A program made the translations under genes and the position numbers. This document shows positions 12,989 to 24,895 of a stretch of DNA of 64,000 nt, in pieces. Source of the stretch: Rhodosorus marinus CCMP1338. Lineage: Eukaryota > Plantae > Rhodophyta. The stretch covers positions 2,728,001 through 2,792,000 of the forward strand of contig JAMWBK010000002.1 in NCBI GenBank assembly GCA_029953675.1. Reading direction: 5' to 3'. Below the pieces are notes generated by a model. The model saw only the letters and a program-made list of their open reading frames with translations. It had not been told where the DNA came from and searched no databases. The first letter of the stretch is position 1; every line of letters begins with the position of its first letter.

Positions 12989-13998
12989 TCAATTGGCTGC
13001 TTGTTTGGCTCTACGTCTCTCGAGGTTTCGTTGCTTAAGTATCTCGACGACGATTGCACTAACCGGTTGATACCACTCCGGCGTAAGTCCAGCCATTGTT
13101 CTCCGCTTCTCGTTGAAAGGTGGCGATAAAGCTCCGTAATTGGCATGCTTGAGGGCAATTTTGTGGAAGTTTGAAATCGGATCCGCAATCTCATCTCGCT
13201 TGCACAGATGGAGATACCATTTCACCCCCATCTTTACGTGATCGACCTCCTCTACTCCTATCTGTGCTACAATCTGCGCGCTTTCCTTGTCTTTCCAGCT
13301 TCTCAACCTGTCCGCTACTCGAGGAGCCGCATCGAGACCTCTAGCCTCCTGGACAAGCTGTCCAATTGCCAAGCGCTCGGCAAGGTCAGTGTTTGTTGTA
13401 CGAGCTGCTTGCCAGATCAAGTCATGGACTGGATAAGCACCATACTCACTGCCGAGATCGTTTAGCCGCGTGTGCAGCCAGCCATAATGCCTAGCAATGG
13501 AGTGTAAATTGCTGAGAGACAGTTGTGAAACTCAGACTGAACCTGGAGCTCTTACCTGCTCTCGTCGTCTGCTACTTGTAAAAGTTCATCATAAAAGTCT
13601 TCCGGCATTTCCACGTTGCTGAACCGAACCATCGTGTCCCAGCACAGATTTATCGCGTTCAGCTCCACATGAGCTAGCGAATGCAAATAAAATAATATTG
13701 CGGAGCCTTCGGCTTCCTTTGGTTTCGGCATTTGAGATGGGTCGAGTACAGCTGGCCGCTCGTTTCTAGCCCACGATTCAGGTGCTTCAGCTGGGGCCGA
13801 TCCACGAACACGCAGATTTCCGCCCATAAACAGCTTTCTAGCCTCATGAGTCAATACTTTCTTCTGCCAGGGCTCTTTCTCGGTCAAAACAGCCCTGCCA
13901 TACTCAAGCAAGGACTCCAAATATACACGGCTCGTACTCAACGCTTTTCTCCCTCCGTTCCTACTTAAACAAATGCGAGCACAAAAAGCAAGCCCCAT
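12989..13998 (-). CDS. DUF455-family ferritin-like di-iron protein; intron 13491-13555
   Basis: Helix-bundle ligand motifs LHSLAHVELNAINL, DDESRHY (spans the intron), QEARGLDA and EEVDHVKMG. N-terminal organelle-targeting-like extension. Confidence 0.9.
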
Positions 13999-14839
13999 AC
14001 CCGCTGAAAACGCCTCAACCTTGAACTGACTACTTCTCAGCTCCAAACGGTTGTTATCCCAATCGAGCGATCACACCGCGCTTTTCTACCTGAACATCTT
14101 CGGTGCCACTAGTCTTGCACTCGACTAAGCGCCACTGCCGACGCTAGTAAAGAGAAACTCTGGTACCAAGCTGACACCTCGGTCAATCTCGGCACCACTT
14201 TTGGTGGAGACCAACTTTGCAATGCGGAGGGGGTTGACTTGATCTCTTTCTATTGTGTGTTCGACGTCTGCTTTTCCGGGCTTGGGTCTGGATCTTACTT
14301 AACAATCTACGACACTTGCGAGGTTAGAAGCGAAAGGCTGAAACTTCATGTTCATCTCACACCGACCTGGAAGTGTGGAGGCGGATGACGGCTCCCATCA
14401 AGCTGGTCAGAAGCTGATGAAGTGAACTTCAGGTCCCTTGTTGTAGTTGCTTCCGTTATTCCCCTGCTCGATAACGATCAACTTGGAAGACTAAAATCCG
14501 GAGACGGAAAGCCCGTCTCAACTGGCACTGGCTTCAGGGGTTGCGGTTGACGCTCAAGCGAATCCGAAAACGTGGACTTGATCCAAGTCCCTTTGTAGCG
14601 GTTGCTTGAAGTCTGTTTTTCTGGCGGTTGGTTTACACGATTTCCGTCTGCAAAAGCACAGACCCTCATGGGGAGGCCTGCAATTCAGCAAAAAGATGAA
14701 GCACACATCTTGAGCTCGACTTAACGGTCTTGCTTGAATCCGGATTGTGGGTATAAACAGTTCTTTTAATTAAGTTATGAGGCCTTCCATCTGGCAGGTT
14801 CACCCCTGGCTACGAACGGGTTAGGTAGAAGGACGGAGC

Positions 14840-17755
14840 TCAGGCTGTCTGAGAACTCTTCCTGATCTTCGTCTTCAAGTTGCTGATCTTGCTTTGAAAC
14901 TTTGCTGCTGAAGGGTAGTTGGCCGCTTCCTCTCCCTCGGGACAAGGAAATCGGGCTACGAACAATCTCCAAGCATCCGCGGGTTTAATTGTGCCCTCCG
15001 ATTGCTCGAAGATCCGAACGCATTCACTTAAGTAAGGTTCTTTGATTCCCCTGTACGGCATAAGCAATGCTGTTACGCGATTCTTTCTCCTCCTGAAGGC
15101 GGACGCGTTCAACACACGCTGGATCTCGCTTTCTGATGGCACGTCAATACGACCCGGGTACAGGCGCAGGAGCGCCTCCCGAACCCTCCCCGCACTGAGC
15201 TTGGGAGATCCATTTCTTCCACTCTCAGCGTGCATTCTCTCAATGTCTTGCTTGAAGTCTGCAATGTACTCGCGGCCGTAGACCGCACTATTTGACGGAC
15301 GGCAAGCCCATCCCCGACGAACAAGTCTTGTGTGCGATTGATGCATCAAAGCGATGGGATGGAGTACCTCACGCTGGTCGGAATCGTTCGTGGCCGCTGG
15401 CACAAAGTAGAGCAATCCCTGCTTAAATTTCTCTGCAGCGTACTGGAGAGCAAAAAATTCCGAGTCCTTACGACCGTTGATGCAAGGGTGAGCCCCTCCT
15501 TTTTCTCCTCCAAGGAAGTCTTTTCGGCAAATAGGACAGTTCTTCGGGCTATCCTGTTCCTCTGCTTCTTCTATGTCCATGTTGACGATGTCGAGCGTTG
15601 AAGTTCTTCGGGCCTTTTGCTTACTCAGCTGAACCTGATCAGCAACGATAAGACAACCGGTTACCAAGCCAGTCGTTCTGATGTCGCCAAGGCTCTCTGC
15701 GGCATCATCATCGTCCGGGCGGGTTTCCAAGAGCTCATCGTCTTCTTCATCATATAATTCATCGAAGTCGGAAGCGCTTTCCACGCCTTCAACGTCATCT
15801 TGAGGCTCTACTTCAACGGACAGATCTGTACTGTAAACAACTCCTTCACCCACATCTGAATACTCTCGGCACGTGATTGTACTCTCTGCATTATTGAACG
15901 TCGCCTCATTGACGTGTTTGGCGTGCCTGAACCTACGCAGAATGTCCTTCACCCCGTCGACTAGAGTTTGTATCTTGGAATAGTTGACTACCATGAGTTC
16001 TGCAACTGAGTTCTTCACACCACCATTCGCTCTGAGCGCCATGACTAAGTCTCCTTCGGTCACGACATTGTTGCCGGTTCTCAAGTAGCTCAAAACGTGG
16101 CTCATGGACTGCGAAAAATGAGCTTCCAAGAGACTTCTCTCGTCCTCTGATTGTGAATGCACCAACTGGACCAGCTCTAGTCCTATGCTTTGCGCTACGA
16201 TCGACAACAAGAACAGCAGCTCTGGTTTACGGTAGCAAGGCGCATTGTCTGAGTACATAGAAACCTCTGTAACCGTAGGAAAGTCTTTGTGTAAACGAGA
16301 CAGAATTGCTTCACAGTTGCAAAGCACAGTTCGCCAGTCCTGCTTTGTCGCCCCGGATGAAATGTGATCATAATAAACTGCGTGCAGATTTTTGCCTGAA
16401 TCTACATCTGCATCCCCTTCTAAACTTGCACCAGTGATGGTCTTCGTATAAATCATTGCTCCATGCCAAGTAATTCCTCGCTCGCCACCATTTTCTGCCG
16501 ACTTTTCGCCGACAATCAGAGGCTCGAACCTCTCCTTGAAATCCAGAATAACGCAGGCTTGATGCGCTTCGAGCCCATCCAACATCTTCTCGAGTTTCAA
16601 CCGCTGATGGTTCACTCGAACTCGATGACCCAAGTAGTGTTGCACCTTCTCCGAGCAATCATTTAATAACGATAAATGGACAGGGTCTACCAACCTCCTC
16701 AGGTATTGGAAAACCATGAAGGGCATATTACACACATTACAGTTGCAATTTTCTCCCACCACATCCTCCGAATGGACGTCCTCTTTGTGCAACGAGTATT
16801 CGGGCTTTGTCCATTGGCACATTTCTGATGAAGCAATATGCGCTTCGTATTCCTCCTTCATAAACCTTTCCAGAGCGTTGACAACCTTCATGCAGCGATC
16901 CTGTTCCGCAGGATCCACGCTTGCAACCATTCGCCTGATAAGGTCAAAGTTGTCATAGAGAAGGACTGTAGACGCATGGTCCATAGTTTGGCTTGGGTCG
17001 CTCTCCTTGTCCGTTAAAAGCTTTACAATCCTCCTGAAGATAGTTCCCCCAATTCTCTCTGAGCGCTCAGGATAAAACTCGAGATAGTTTCTGAAGATGT
17101 ACTCAACACGTAGCTTTCGCTCTAGTCTCGGGAAGGACAGCTCATTCCCGTCCAGAATCAACGTCTTCCTCGATCCAGGGATGAGTTGCACGTTCCGTTC
17201 GTGAAGGAAATAATCCACGGCCTTCTTCACGTTTTCCTTACTGTACCTTTGTATATGCCGTTGAGAGTCCTGTAGCGAGTAGCCCTTCAGCATGTGCTTG
17301 CAGTGCCGTCTTCCCCTGGCGACTTTTTCTTGACCAAGTCCAAATTTTTCTTTAAGGAAATCAGTGCTAAAGGAGCCACAAATAGGTGCCATAAGCACCC
17401 GCGCTTGGAGGTTGCGCTCGGGCATGGCCTCAATTATCCGTTGCATGTTTGCGAGGAGTTTGTCCTCGTGCGCAGCCGACTTCCTATGTATTCGTTTTGC
17501 GGTTTCTTCAGCAAGCGTCTTGCTGTCATTGGGTGCAAGAATCTCACACACGCGTTGAAATACAGTCTCAGCAAAGTGTTGCAGCCTGCCAACAGCCTCA
17601 TCGTCCATTTCACTCAGCTTCTTCGTTCGCCGCTCCACCTCACTTGGCATCCCTCGACCAACATTGGGGCCCAGCTGGAGAGATTCTCGGATGTCACTGA
17701 CGCTGTTCAAAGCCACCACGCCATCGCGGGTACGTTTTCTCTTGTCTCCACTCAT
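14840..17755 (-). CDS. Intact 971-aa DDD/E transposase-derived protein (Sola/Sola3-like, tentative), probably domesticated
   Basis: Intronless ORF with ILDFKERF (D405), GITWHG, SDNAPCY (D503), DERSLLEAHF (E544), Cys/His clusters and a C-terminal GWACRP...YG...YP.RI..P domain. No termini seen by eye. Superfamily assignment is from remembered motif patterns. Confidence 0.7.
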   Translation of the reverse strand: MSGDKRKRTRDGVVALNSVSDIRESLQLGPNVGRGMPSEVERRTKKLSEMDDEAVGRLQHFAETVFQRVCEILAPNDSKTLAEETAKRIHRKSAAHEDKLLANMQRIIEAMPERNLQARVLMAPICGSFSTDFLKEKFGLGQEKVARGRRHCKHMLKGYSLQDSQRHIQRYSKENVKKAVDYFLHERNVQLIPGSRKTLILDGNELSFPRLERKLRVEYIFRNYLEFYPERSERIGGTIFRRIVKLLTDKESDPSQTMDHASTVLLYDNFDLIRRMVASVDPAEQDRCMKVVNALERFMKEEYEAHIASSEMCQWTKPEYSLHKEDVHSEDVVGENCNCNVCNMPFMVFQYLRRLVDPVHLSLLNDCSEKVQHYLGHRVRVNHQRLKLEKMLDGLEAHQACVILDFKERFEPLIVGEKSAENGGERGITWHGAMIYTKTITGASLEGDADVDSGKNLHAVYYDHISSGATKQDWRTVLCNCEAILSRLHKDFPTVTEVSMYSDNAPCYRKPELLFLLSIVAQSIGLELVQLVHSQSEDERSLLEAHFSQSMSHVLSYLRTGNNVVTEGDLVMALRANGGVKNSVAELMVVNYSKIQTLVDGVKDILRRFRHAKHVNEATFNNAESTITCREYSDVGEGVVYSTDLSVEVEPQDDVEGVESASDFDELYDEEDDELLETRPDDDDAAESLGDIRTTGLVTGCLIVADQVQLSKQKARRTSTLDIVNMDIEEAEEQDSPKNCPICRKDFLGGEKGGAHPCINGRKDSEFFALQYAAEKFKQGLLYFVPAATNDSDQREVLHPIALMHQSHTRLVRRGWACRPSNSAVYGREYIADFKQDIERMHAESGRNGSPKLSAGRVREALLRLYPGRIDVPSESEIQRVLNASAFRRRKNRVTALLMPYRGIKEPYLSECVRIFEQSEGTIKPADAWRLFVARFPCPEGEEAANYPSAAKFQSKISNLKTKIRKSSQTA

Positions 17756-18847
17756 CTTTTCGCAACTGCAATTCCCGTGTAGCGATCAACCGCTCCAGCA
17801 TGCAAGCAAGCAGCACATTCCTTCTACAGCCAATCGATTCAAGGTCAGCTATGTCACCAATCTCGCTCCTCGGAGCTCCCGAGAAAAGAACAGTTCTGCA
17901 GAAGACCAAGCCAGATCTCCGTCCAAACTCAACCTCAACGCGGAGCGCATCGTCATCACCGATCCTTCGCTACTGCCAAACGAAAAAAAAAAAAAAAGCA
18001 GTTCGAAATTACGAACGGATAAGATCAGGCCGACAACCAGATATTCTATTCTCGCCTTTCGGCTAACAATTTCTTCAGCACCCTCCTTCCTTCCTCCCCA
18101 AAATCCTATCCATCCCAGAAACCCTCAGATATAGACAAAAGCCCTAGCAAGCAATCATACCTCGTTCCAAAATAATTGCACCAAAATTTCCCCTGGCCAT
18201 CGCGTTGGCCAATGTTCCGAGCTGGACCCATTTCGGCGCCTTTTTGCCCTTGAATGGCTTTAAAAAGACCCCCTATCAAAATTCAAGTTGTTTTCACTAT
18301 TAAATATCTTGAAAACTAATGAATTAACCCCGAATCAGCTATTATTTTACTATTCATACCGAATGGTATCGAACAAACAGAATAATAGGAGCGTTTTCGT
18401 GAAACGAATTTTGATTTGAGCATGCACATATTATTTGCCTTTCATTGGCTTTTATATATAAAACAAATTATATAAATATAGAAATAGTGCCGAACACAGG
18501 AAACATATCCCGATTTAAAATAAGGTTTATTTATATTGAGAATATTTTAATTGTATTGGCTTTATTTTGTATAGAATAAGTGAACTTTTATTCGAAGATG
18601 TGTAATTTGTACTGTCTTGCTTTGTGATGCGATTGTTCTGGAACGTGGGTAGAGAGCCTTTGGGAGCATCCTGCAGACTGGGCGTGCGGGCATTCGGCTA
18701 AGGAGGATGTTTGTGTCCTCAAAGGAGTGAAGTGTTAGGTTTAGCGTTGAAATTTTTCCTTGAACGTATGTCTTAAGGTTATATTCATATTCGAGGTCCC
18801 CATTTTCTCGGAGTACGTGCGAGCGAGATTGAATACTTTATCTAACA

Positions 18848-19291
18848 ATGACTGACAAGTGCCGACCGAACGCGAAGAAGAACCTGACTTATGAGGAGAG
18901 AAACGGGGTGCTTCAGGCTCTACTGGAGAAATCCTCAAATAAGTCTCTGCCGCGAGGAGCTATTGGTGAGGTCGCCAACATGTTCGGAGTCCACCGCACC
19001 ACTGTTTTACGTATTTGGTCAAGGGGAGTGGACTCTATAACCAAAGGGTCAAAGTTCATGGACGTATCTTCTAAGATTCGACAATCTGGAAGAAAGAGGA
19101 AAGATTATTCCAAGGAGCTGGCAGAATACAAATCATTTCCGAGCAAGAAACGCCCCAGCTTGAGAGTCGCAGCTGCTGCGTTCAATATTCCGAAAACAAC
19201 GTTGGTGAGGAGGCTCCAAGAAGCAGGGGATAAAAGAAAATCGGTATCAGAGAAGATTCGAAGTCAGGAAAACGTGGTTAAGGACTTATAG
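18848..19291 (+). CDS. Tc1/mariner (plant/oomycete DD39D-like) N-terminal bipartite HTH DNA-binding domain only, 147 aa
   Basis: KNLTYEER...LPRGAIGEVANMFGVHRTTVLRIW, linker GRKRK and second HTH SLRVAAAAFNIPKTTLVRRLQE. Stops before any catalytic domain. Confidence 0.8.
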   Translation: MTDKCRPNAKKNLTYEERNGVLQALLEKSSNKSLPRGAIGEVANMFGVHRTTVLRIWSRGVDSITKGSKFMDVSSKIRQSGRKRKDYSKELAEYKSFPSKKRPSLRVAAAAFNIPKTTLVRRLQEAGDKRKSVSEKIRSQENVVKDL

Positions 19292-19707
19292 CCTATCTAT
19301 GAACCCTCCTCTCCCCCCTGAACTGAAAGCATGACTATCACACAACTTATCGGCGGAATAGGAGATCTTCTGGCGCTTACGAGTGTATGGATATGGTGCT
19401 CATGCCATTGAAGGTAGCACAGCCGTCCTGATTGACAAGGCCCTCAGAAAGCTGTCTTGCTCAAGTACCAACTCGACCGCGCTGGTTCTCGACGTTCGGA
19501 TTTGTTGGCTTTGTGTGCTGCTTGGAAGGACGTGCCAGGCAGAATAAATAGATTATTTTATTTAGCGGAATGGGACATAGAACCGTGCTCATAGGTCTGG
19601 TGTACTATCTCCTACAGGTCAATCTCTACATAGGCTTTGTTCGAAAGCCTCTGCGATTCAGCCTCCAAGAGCAAGCGCTTATGTCCAACAGAATCTTAGG
19701 AATCCGT

Positions 19708-21830
19708 CTATTCTATCTCGATCATGTCGGAAAGCATCTGAAGTTTCTCCTTTTTCGAAGTGGGGACAAATACCACACCGTCGTCTTTCCGTCGTCTCTT
19801 CTTGTTGCCGTTGCTCCGTTGGAGAGCTTCTTCCTCAACTGCCGAAGAAGGTGCTTCAGCAGAGGCAGATTCTGGAATGGAACCCGTCACGGAGAATTCC
19901 ACTGGGTCCGCTTCGCTGCCTAGAGCAGGGTTGTGGGTAACGAGAACGGACAAGTTGAGGCTCTGTGAAATGTCTCCTATTTCCAAAGTGCTCCCTGAGC
20001 CCACATTCAGATCGGACAGTGACTTTTTCGCATTGGATTCATACATCTCAACCTTGTCAATTGGAAAACGTGAAAAATGGGGGAGCATGTTAGACATCAA
20101 GGTCTCTTCCGGCACTGAGCCTCGTCTCAAATGACAAGGTAAGCCCTACCTCGTCCGGCTCAAGCCCCTCACCGCTCTCATATATGATGTTAACATTGCC
20201 TGCGGTTGTAGCATAGATTGAAGGATTGATCATGCCTAGATTTCCTCTGACGACTTTGTCTATCAAGAACTGAAGTTTTCTCGAAAGATCGATTTCCAAC
20301 TCAAGCCTGCCTTTGGAACAAACGAAACAGGCCCTGTTTGGCGCCTGCAGCCTCTCCGTCTGAACTAGGAACTTGCCCCGTCGTGTTGAATTTGGAAATC
20401 GCTTAACATATGTAGTCAGGGACGCGTCCTTAGGGTCTGTTCCCTGGTCTATTGTCACGATTTTGATCGTCTCAAGCACAATGAGCGCAGCAACAATAGC
20501 GTTTGTCGTGGCAATTGCGTGAATAATGTTTCCTGCAATCCCCTTGACCGCAAACGCACTTGAAAGCTCAACTCCGTACACAGAGGCGCGAAGATTCTGG
20601 AAACCCGAAGAACAAGCTCTCAATTAGCGATCAAGAGTCTTAAGTTGCTCAATACTTGCATCGAATTGGACTATCAGCTTCGCGAGTTCGCGTTGCTTAC
20701 CGCAGCCGAGGTTACAAAGGCCAGAACATCATCGTCGTCTTTATCGAACTGTATGTTCCCTATCTCGTCATTTCGCCTCTCCACGAATCTTTTTAAGACG
20801 CCGAAAATGCACTTTGCATTCTGCTCCTTAGTCCAGACCAGTTGATCCAACAAATTCGTCGGGGCATCAGCGTCGGCATTCTGCTTCGCAATCTTCAACA
20901 CGTCCAACGGCTCGGGTGGGGCTCTCGTTTTCCAAGTCTCTTCCGCGACTTCCCTCTGTCTCAAAACATCGTTCCAGAAGACACGCTTCAGGACCCTTTC
21001 AGCAAAATCTTCTGAACTCTGCTTCCTGTCCCACTGCAGAGAGCGTCCTTCAGCCATCGGAGTTGCTCCGTTCTCCGCTGCATCCTCATCGTTCTCTAGA
21101 AGCAAAAAAATGAGCGCAATTCGAAGAGACAACAAGTGAATGAGCGATAAGGAACAGCTCAAAGTCTCACGGGCAAGCGACTAGTTCCGAGAGTTCACTC
21201 ACTTGCCAAGTCCGCTAGAAGGTTTGATTCGTCTTCAGGACCGAAGAGGAGCTCAAAGAGCTGTTTTGCCCACACGACGCAGTGAACTGGCTTTTCCGGT
21301 GTTGATCGTATTGTACAGACTGCATATGTCTTCGGAACGGGCGCAGGGTTGCAATCATAACATTCAGTTTTCCCAGGATGAACGACGGTAACTTGACCCA
21401 GATATCCGGTACTTCCTGATTCCACCATGGGAACTTTCGCGTTTAGACACATCCTATTCACGTGCCTGCGCGCATCCAGGTTGTCTAACGCGTTCAAAAC
21501 AACGTCAAACTCGCCAAAGAACTTTGCACTGAACCTCTCCTCTTTAATATTCCCGACAATCGGATCCACCTTACACTTGCCATGCAGCATCTTCTCAATT
21601 GCCGCGGCCGCTATCTTTGCCTTGGCCTGACCAACGTGCTCCTTTCTAAACAAAAACTGTCGATTCAAGTTGGAAACATCGATTGTATCTAAATCGATCA
21701 ACGTCACTCGCTCAAACCCGCTCATCCCAAGGTTCTTCAGCAACTCACATCCTACACCACCAGCCCCTACAACCAGTACCTTCTTAAGCCCAAGTCCATT
21801 TAGTCCGCCATTGCTGATCACGGTATCCAT
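19708..21830 (-). CDS. UBA2: SUMO-activating enzyme subunit 2, multi-exon
   Basis: [37 protein letters not shown] and CFVC zinc ligands, catalytic [26 protein letters not shown] domain and C-terminal KKRRRK. Confidence 0.95.
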
Positions 21831-22660
21831 CTTTCTTCGCGGATATGCCAAATCGGCCAGACTCTATCAGTCTTATCATTCCAAGCCAAAACGTGTCATT
21901 AACCCTACCCTCTTCAAACCACATCCTCCCCGAGCCTCAAGAATGACTTTCCGAGGAAGCCTTGCTGAGTAACGTCCAGACGGGGACTTGTGGAGCAGAG
22001 ACCTGAAAAAAAACAAAAAAACGGAATATGTAGCACTCAACAGGAAACATGTATTCAAGAAGCGCATTTTGTAGGAGAAATTCAGAGACACTCACTTCGG
22101 GATAGTCTCCGTCACCCAGAGGAAAGACCCAGAAGCCACTACAACAGCGGAAGGGTGATAAGGACAGTCTGTCCGAATGATCGGTCTTGGAGATGCTCGT
22201 GCTCTAAATGATTAAGGATCAATACTAGTCTGTAGACGACGTTTGAGGTCTATTTATCTCCGATTTATATCATAGTCATCTGGGTTTCTTGGACAATCAA
22301 GTGGACTTTCCTTCCACATTGCCAATGAGCCAAAGGCCCCAACCCCCGCGGCGCGCGGCGGTCCAGAGGGGAGCTTGTCCTGCCTTTCGCATCGCTGAGA
22401 TGGTTAGAGACCACTCGAGATCTACAGTCGATAGATCAAATCATGTTTTAGTTAGCTTCTGGATCGTCTCTGTTGATTGAAGGCTTGAGAATGCCCGTCC
22501 TTGTGAACATCCTCCTTCCTCGAAATAGGTCGAAACTGCGGTCATCATCGCAGGAGAGCATAAATAGATGTGAGGAGTAGAGGCCAGGTGGGGAGCTTGG
22601 TGGAGTATATGTATTAGGTAGGTAGACGTGATAAAATTCAGGACTGATTGATCCGGATTG

Positions 22661-23537
22661 ATGATGGTTCAGAATAGGCATTTCACGATGAGCGCTTTTG
22701 GGATAGCGGGAACGCGCAGGTATTTCCACAGCTCGCGCTCTTCTGAGATAAATGTCGGCAAGGCCATAGGCGAGCTTCAGCATACTCTTGCCAAGAATCG
22801 CATGACACCTGACGACGGATTCAGAGTGCAGGTGAGGGTGCATTTTCTCTGATTTGCTTGTTTCTATTGAGTCGAGAGCGTGAGTGTATCGGATCTTGGA
22901 TGGTTTTTCGTTTCTTGGTTGACGGAAAAAAGGTTTCTGGATTTTTTTGCTGGGGGCTGTGTTTGCGGTTTATAGGTGGAACTGTTTTATGATCTTATTA
23001 ATAAGAACATACGGTTCGACCTTGGGCATGTGGTTGACTACTATAGCAAGATTATGGAATCTCGTGGATACAATACCTTCTTCAAAAAGCGGGTGGTTGG
23101 GTTCTACACGAGAACGCAAGAGGAGTACAAGGACATAACTAGCAAGTTTGCCATTTTTGACGGTAAGGAAACGGTCAAAAAGAGCCTTCCAGCATGCACC
23201 TAAGACTAAAGATGAACATGCCACTATCCCAGGAATGAATCCAGCTCAAAGACTTACCTACTATAAACTGAAGGACAGAGATATCAGAGAAATCGCGAAA
23301 AGGGCTGATGTGGACCCGAAAGAAGTCTACAAGTTTGTACAGGAGGCGAGCTCACTGTTCGTATCTTGGAAAGTTCTAAAAACCAGAAGGGGAAAAGGTC
23401 TAGCCGACGTTAGCACTGCCCGAGAGCTCATGTTTGTCCAAAGTTCACCGAACCAATGCTGGCCTGGGCCCAAGTATCCAATGATCAATCCTTGGGAGAG
23501 ACGAAAACCTGCCAAGCAAAGCAAGTATGCGCAATGA
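22661..23537 (+). CDS. Hypothetical protein with mitochondrial-like presequence; predicted introns 22832-22975 and 23163-23211
   Basis: Three ORF pieces join in frame at GT-AG sites. N-terminus is R/S-rich (RRYFHSSR). The second acceptor (AAG) is uncertain. Confidence 0.45.
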
Positions 23538-23872
23538 AGCCGTGATATATTCGATCCAGATTATGTGCCGGACGAGATGAAGTATTTGGACCCTCGCTGC
23601 TTTAGATTGACGGAATCTCAGTTTCCTAGTACTAACTTTTCAAAAACTAATATTGGAGACCATCTCGAAGTAGAAGATAACCGGCAAAGCATGGTGAAGT
23701 CGGTTTCTCACAAGATCTTTTTTTGCGGGCGTTCGGGCACCTCCGGGTGTCCTTCTCCATAAAAAGAAGCTCTTAGGAGCAAGCCTTTGGTGGATACCCA
23801 AGCGACCTCTACCTTCTCAACTGGAAGACCAAAAATTATTGCAGTCGCAATTTGATTTGAGTACGCAGCTAC

Positions 23873-24895
23873 CTAGGATTCGACTGTTCTTTCCGCAGCA
23901 GTGACACAGTTCTGAAGCAACATCGCAATGGTCATCGGGCCCACCCCTCCAGGAACCTGTACCGCAAAAGAGAATGTCAGTGAATCTACCCACGATCATT
24001 TAGAGTCATATCCTGCCAGGCATACCGGCGTGATCATTCCAGCAACTTCTTCGCAAGCTTTCGTATCTATGTCCCCGACCTAGAGATGGAACACAAGATC
24101 GAGATCAGTGTGATAAGGAAAGCACAACCATTTGCTTACTGTGCTCTTTTAGCTCTTTCGTACCAGGCGGTATCCACGTTTGCTGGTTTCATCGGGGACA
24201 GAGTTGATTCCTACATCAATCAGGACCGCCCCAGGCTTTATCCAATCCTTCTTGACCATGGCAGCAGAACCTATCGCAGCAACAACGATATCTGCTTTCT
24301 TCGTCTGCGCAGCCATATCAGGGGTACCGCTGTGGCAGATCGTTACTGTGGCATTGTTCTTCAACAGTAGCAGCGAAATTGGGAGCCCAACAATGTTACT
24401 CCGACCGAGGATGACGGCCTCTTTCCCGTGGATCTGGACATTGCTTCGTTTCAAGAGCTCAATGCAGCCTTTAGGGGTACATGGTACGTGCATTGGTTCG
24501 CGATTCTTCATAGCTAATCGACCAATGTTTACGGGATGAAACCCATCGACGTCCTTGTTGATATCCACCGCACCAAGAACCTGTTCCTCGTTGCATTGTT
24601 TCGGAAGCGGAAGCTGCACAAGGATCCCGTGAACCCGCTCATCCGCATTGAGCTTCTGGATGAGCTCGATTACCGTCTTCTGCTCAACATCCTCGGGCAA
24701 CGGATGGTGGAACGAGACAAGGCCGCATTCCTCGCACGCCTTATGCTTCATCCTTACGTACGTAGCCGAGTCCGTTCTGTTGCCCACGATGATCGTGCCC
24801 AGTCCCGGCGACATGTTCAGCCTCGAAACTCGGTTGGCTACCTCCGCCCGGATCTCAGCAGCAATCCGCTTCCCATCAATTATTTCAGCTGGCAT
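23873..24895 (-). CDS. folD: Bifunctional methylenetetrahydrofolate dehydrogenase/cyclohydrolase, 3 exons
   Basis: IIDGKRIA, YVRMKHKAC, VHGILVQLPLP, KDVDGFHP, PCTPKG, GRSNIVGLP and ITPVPGGVGPMT (reconstructed across an intron). Confidence 0.97.
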
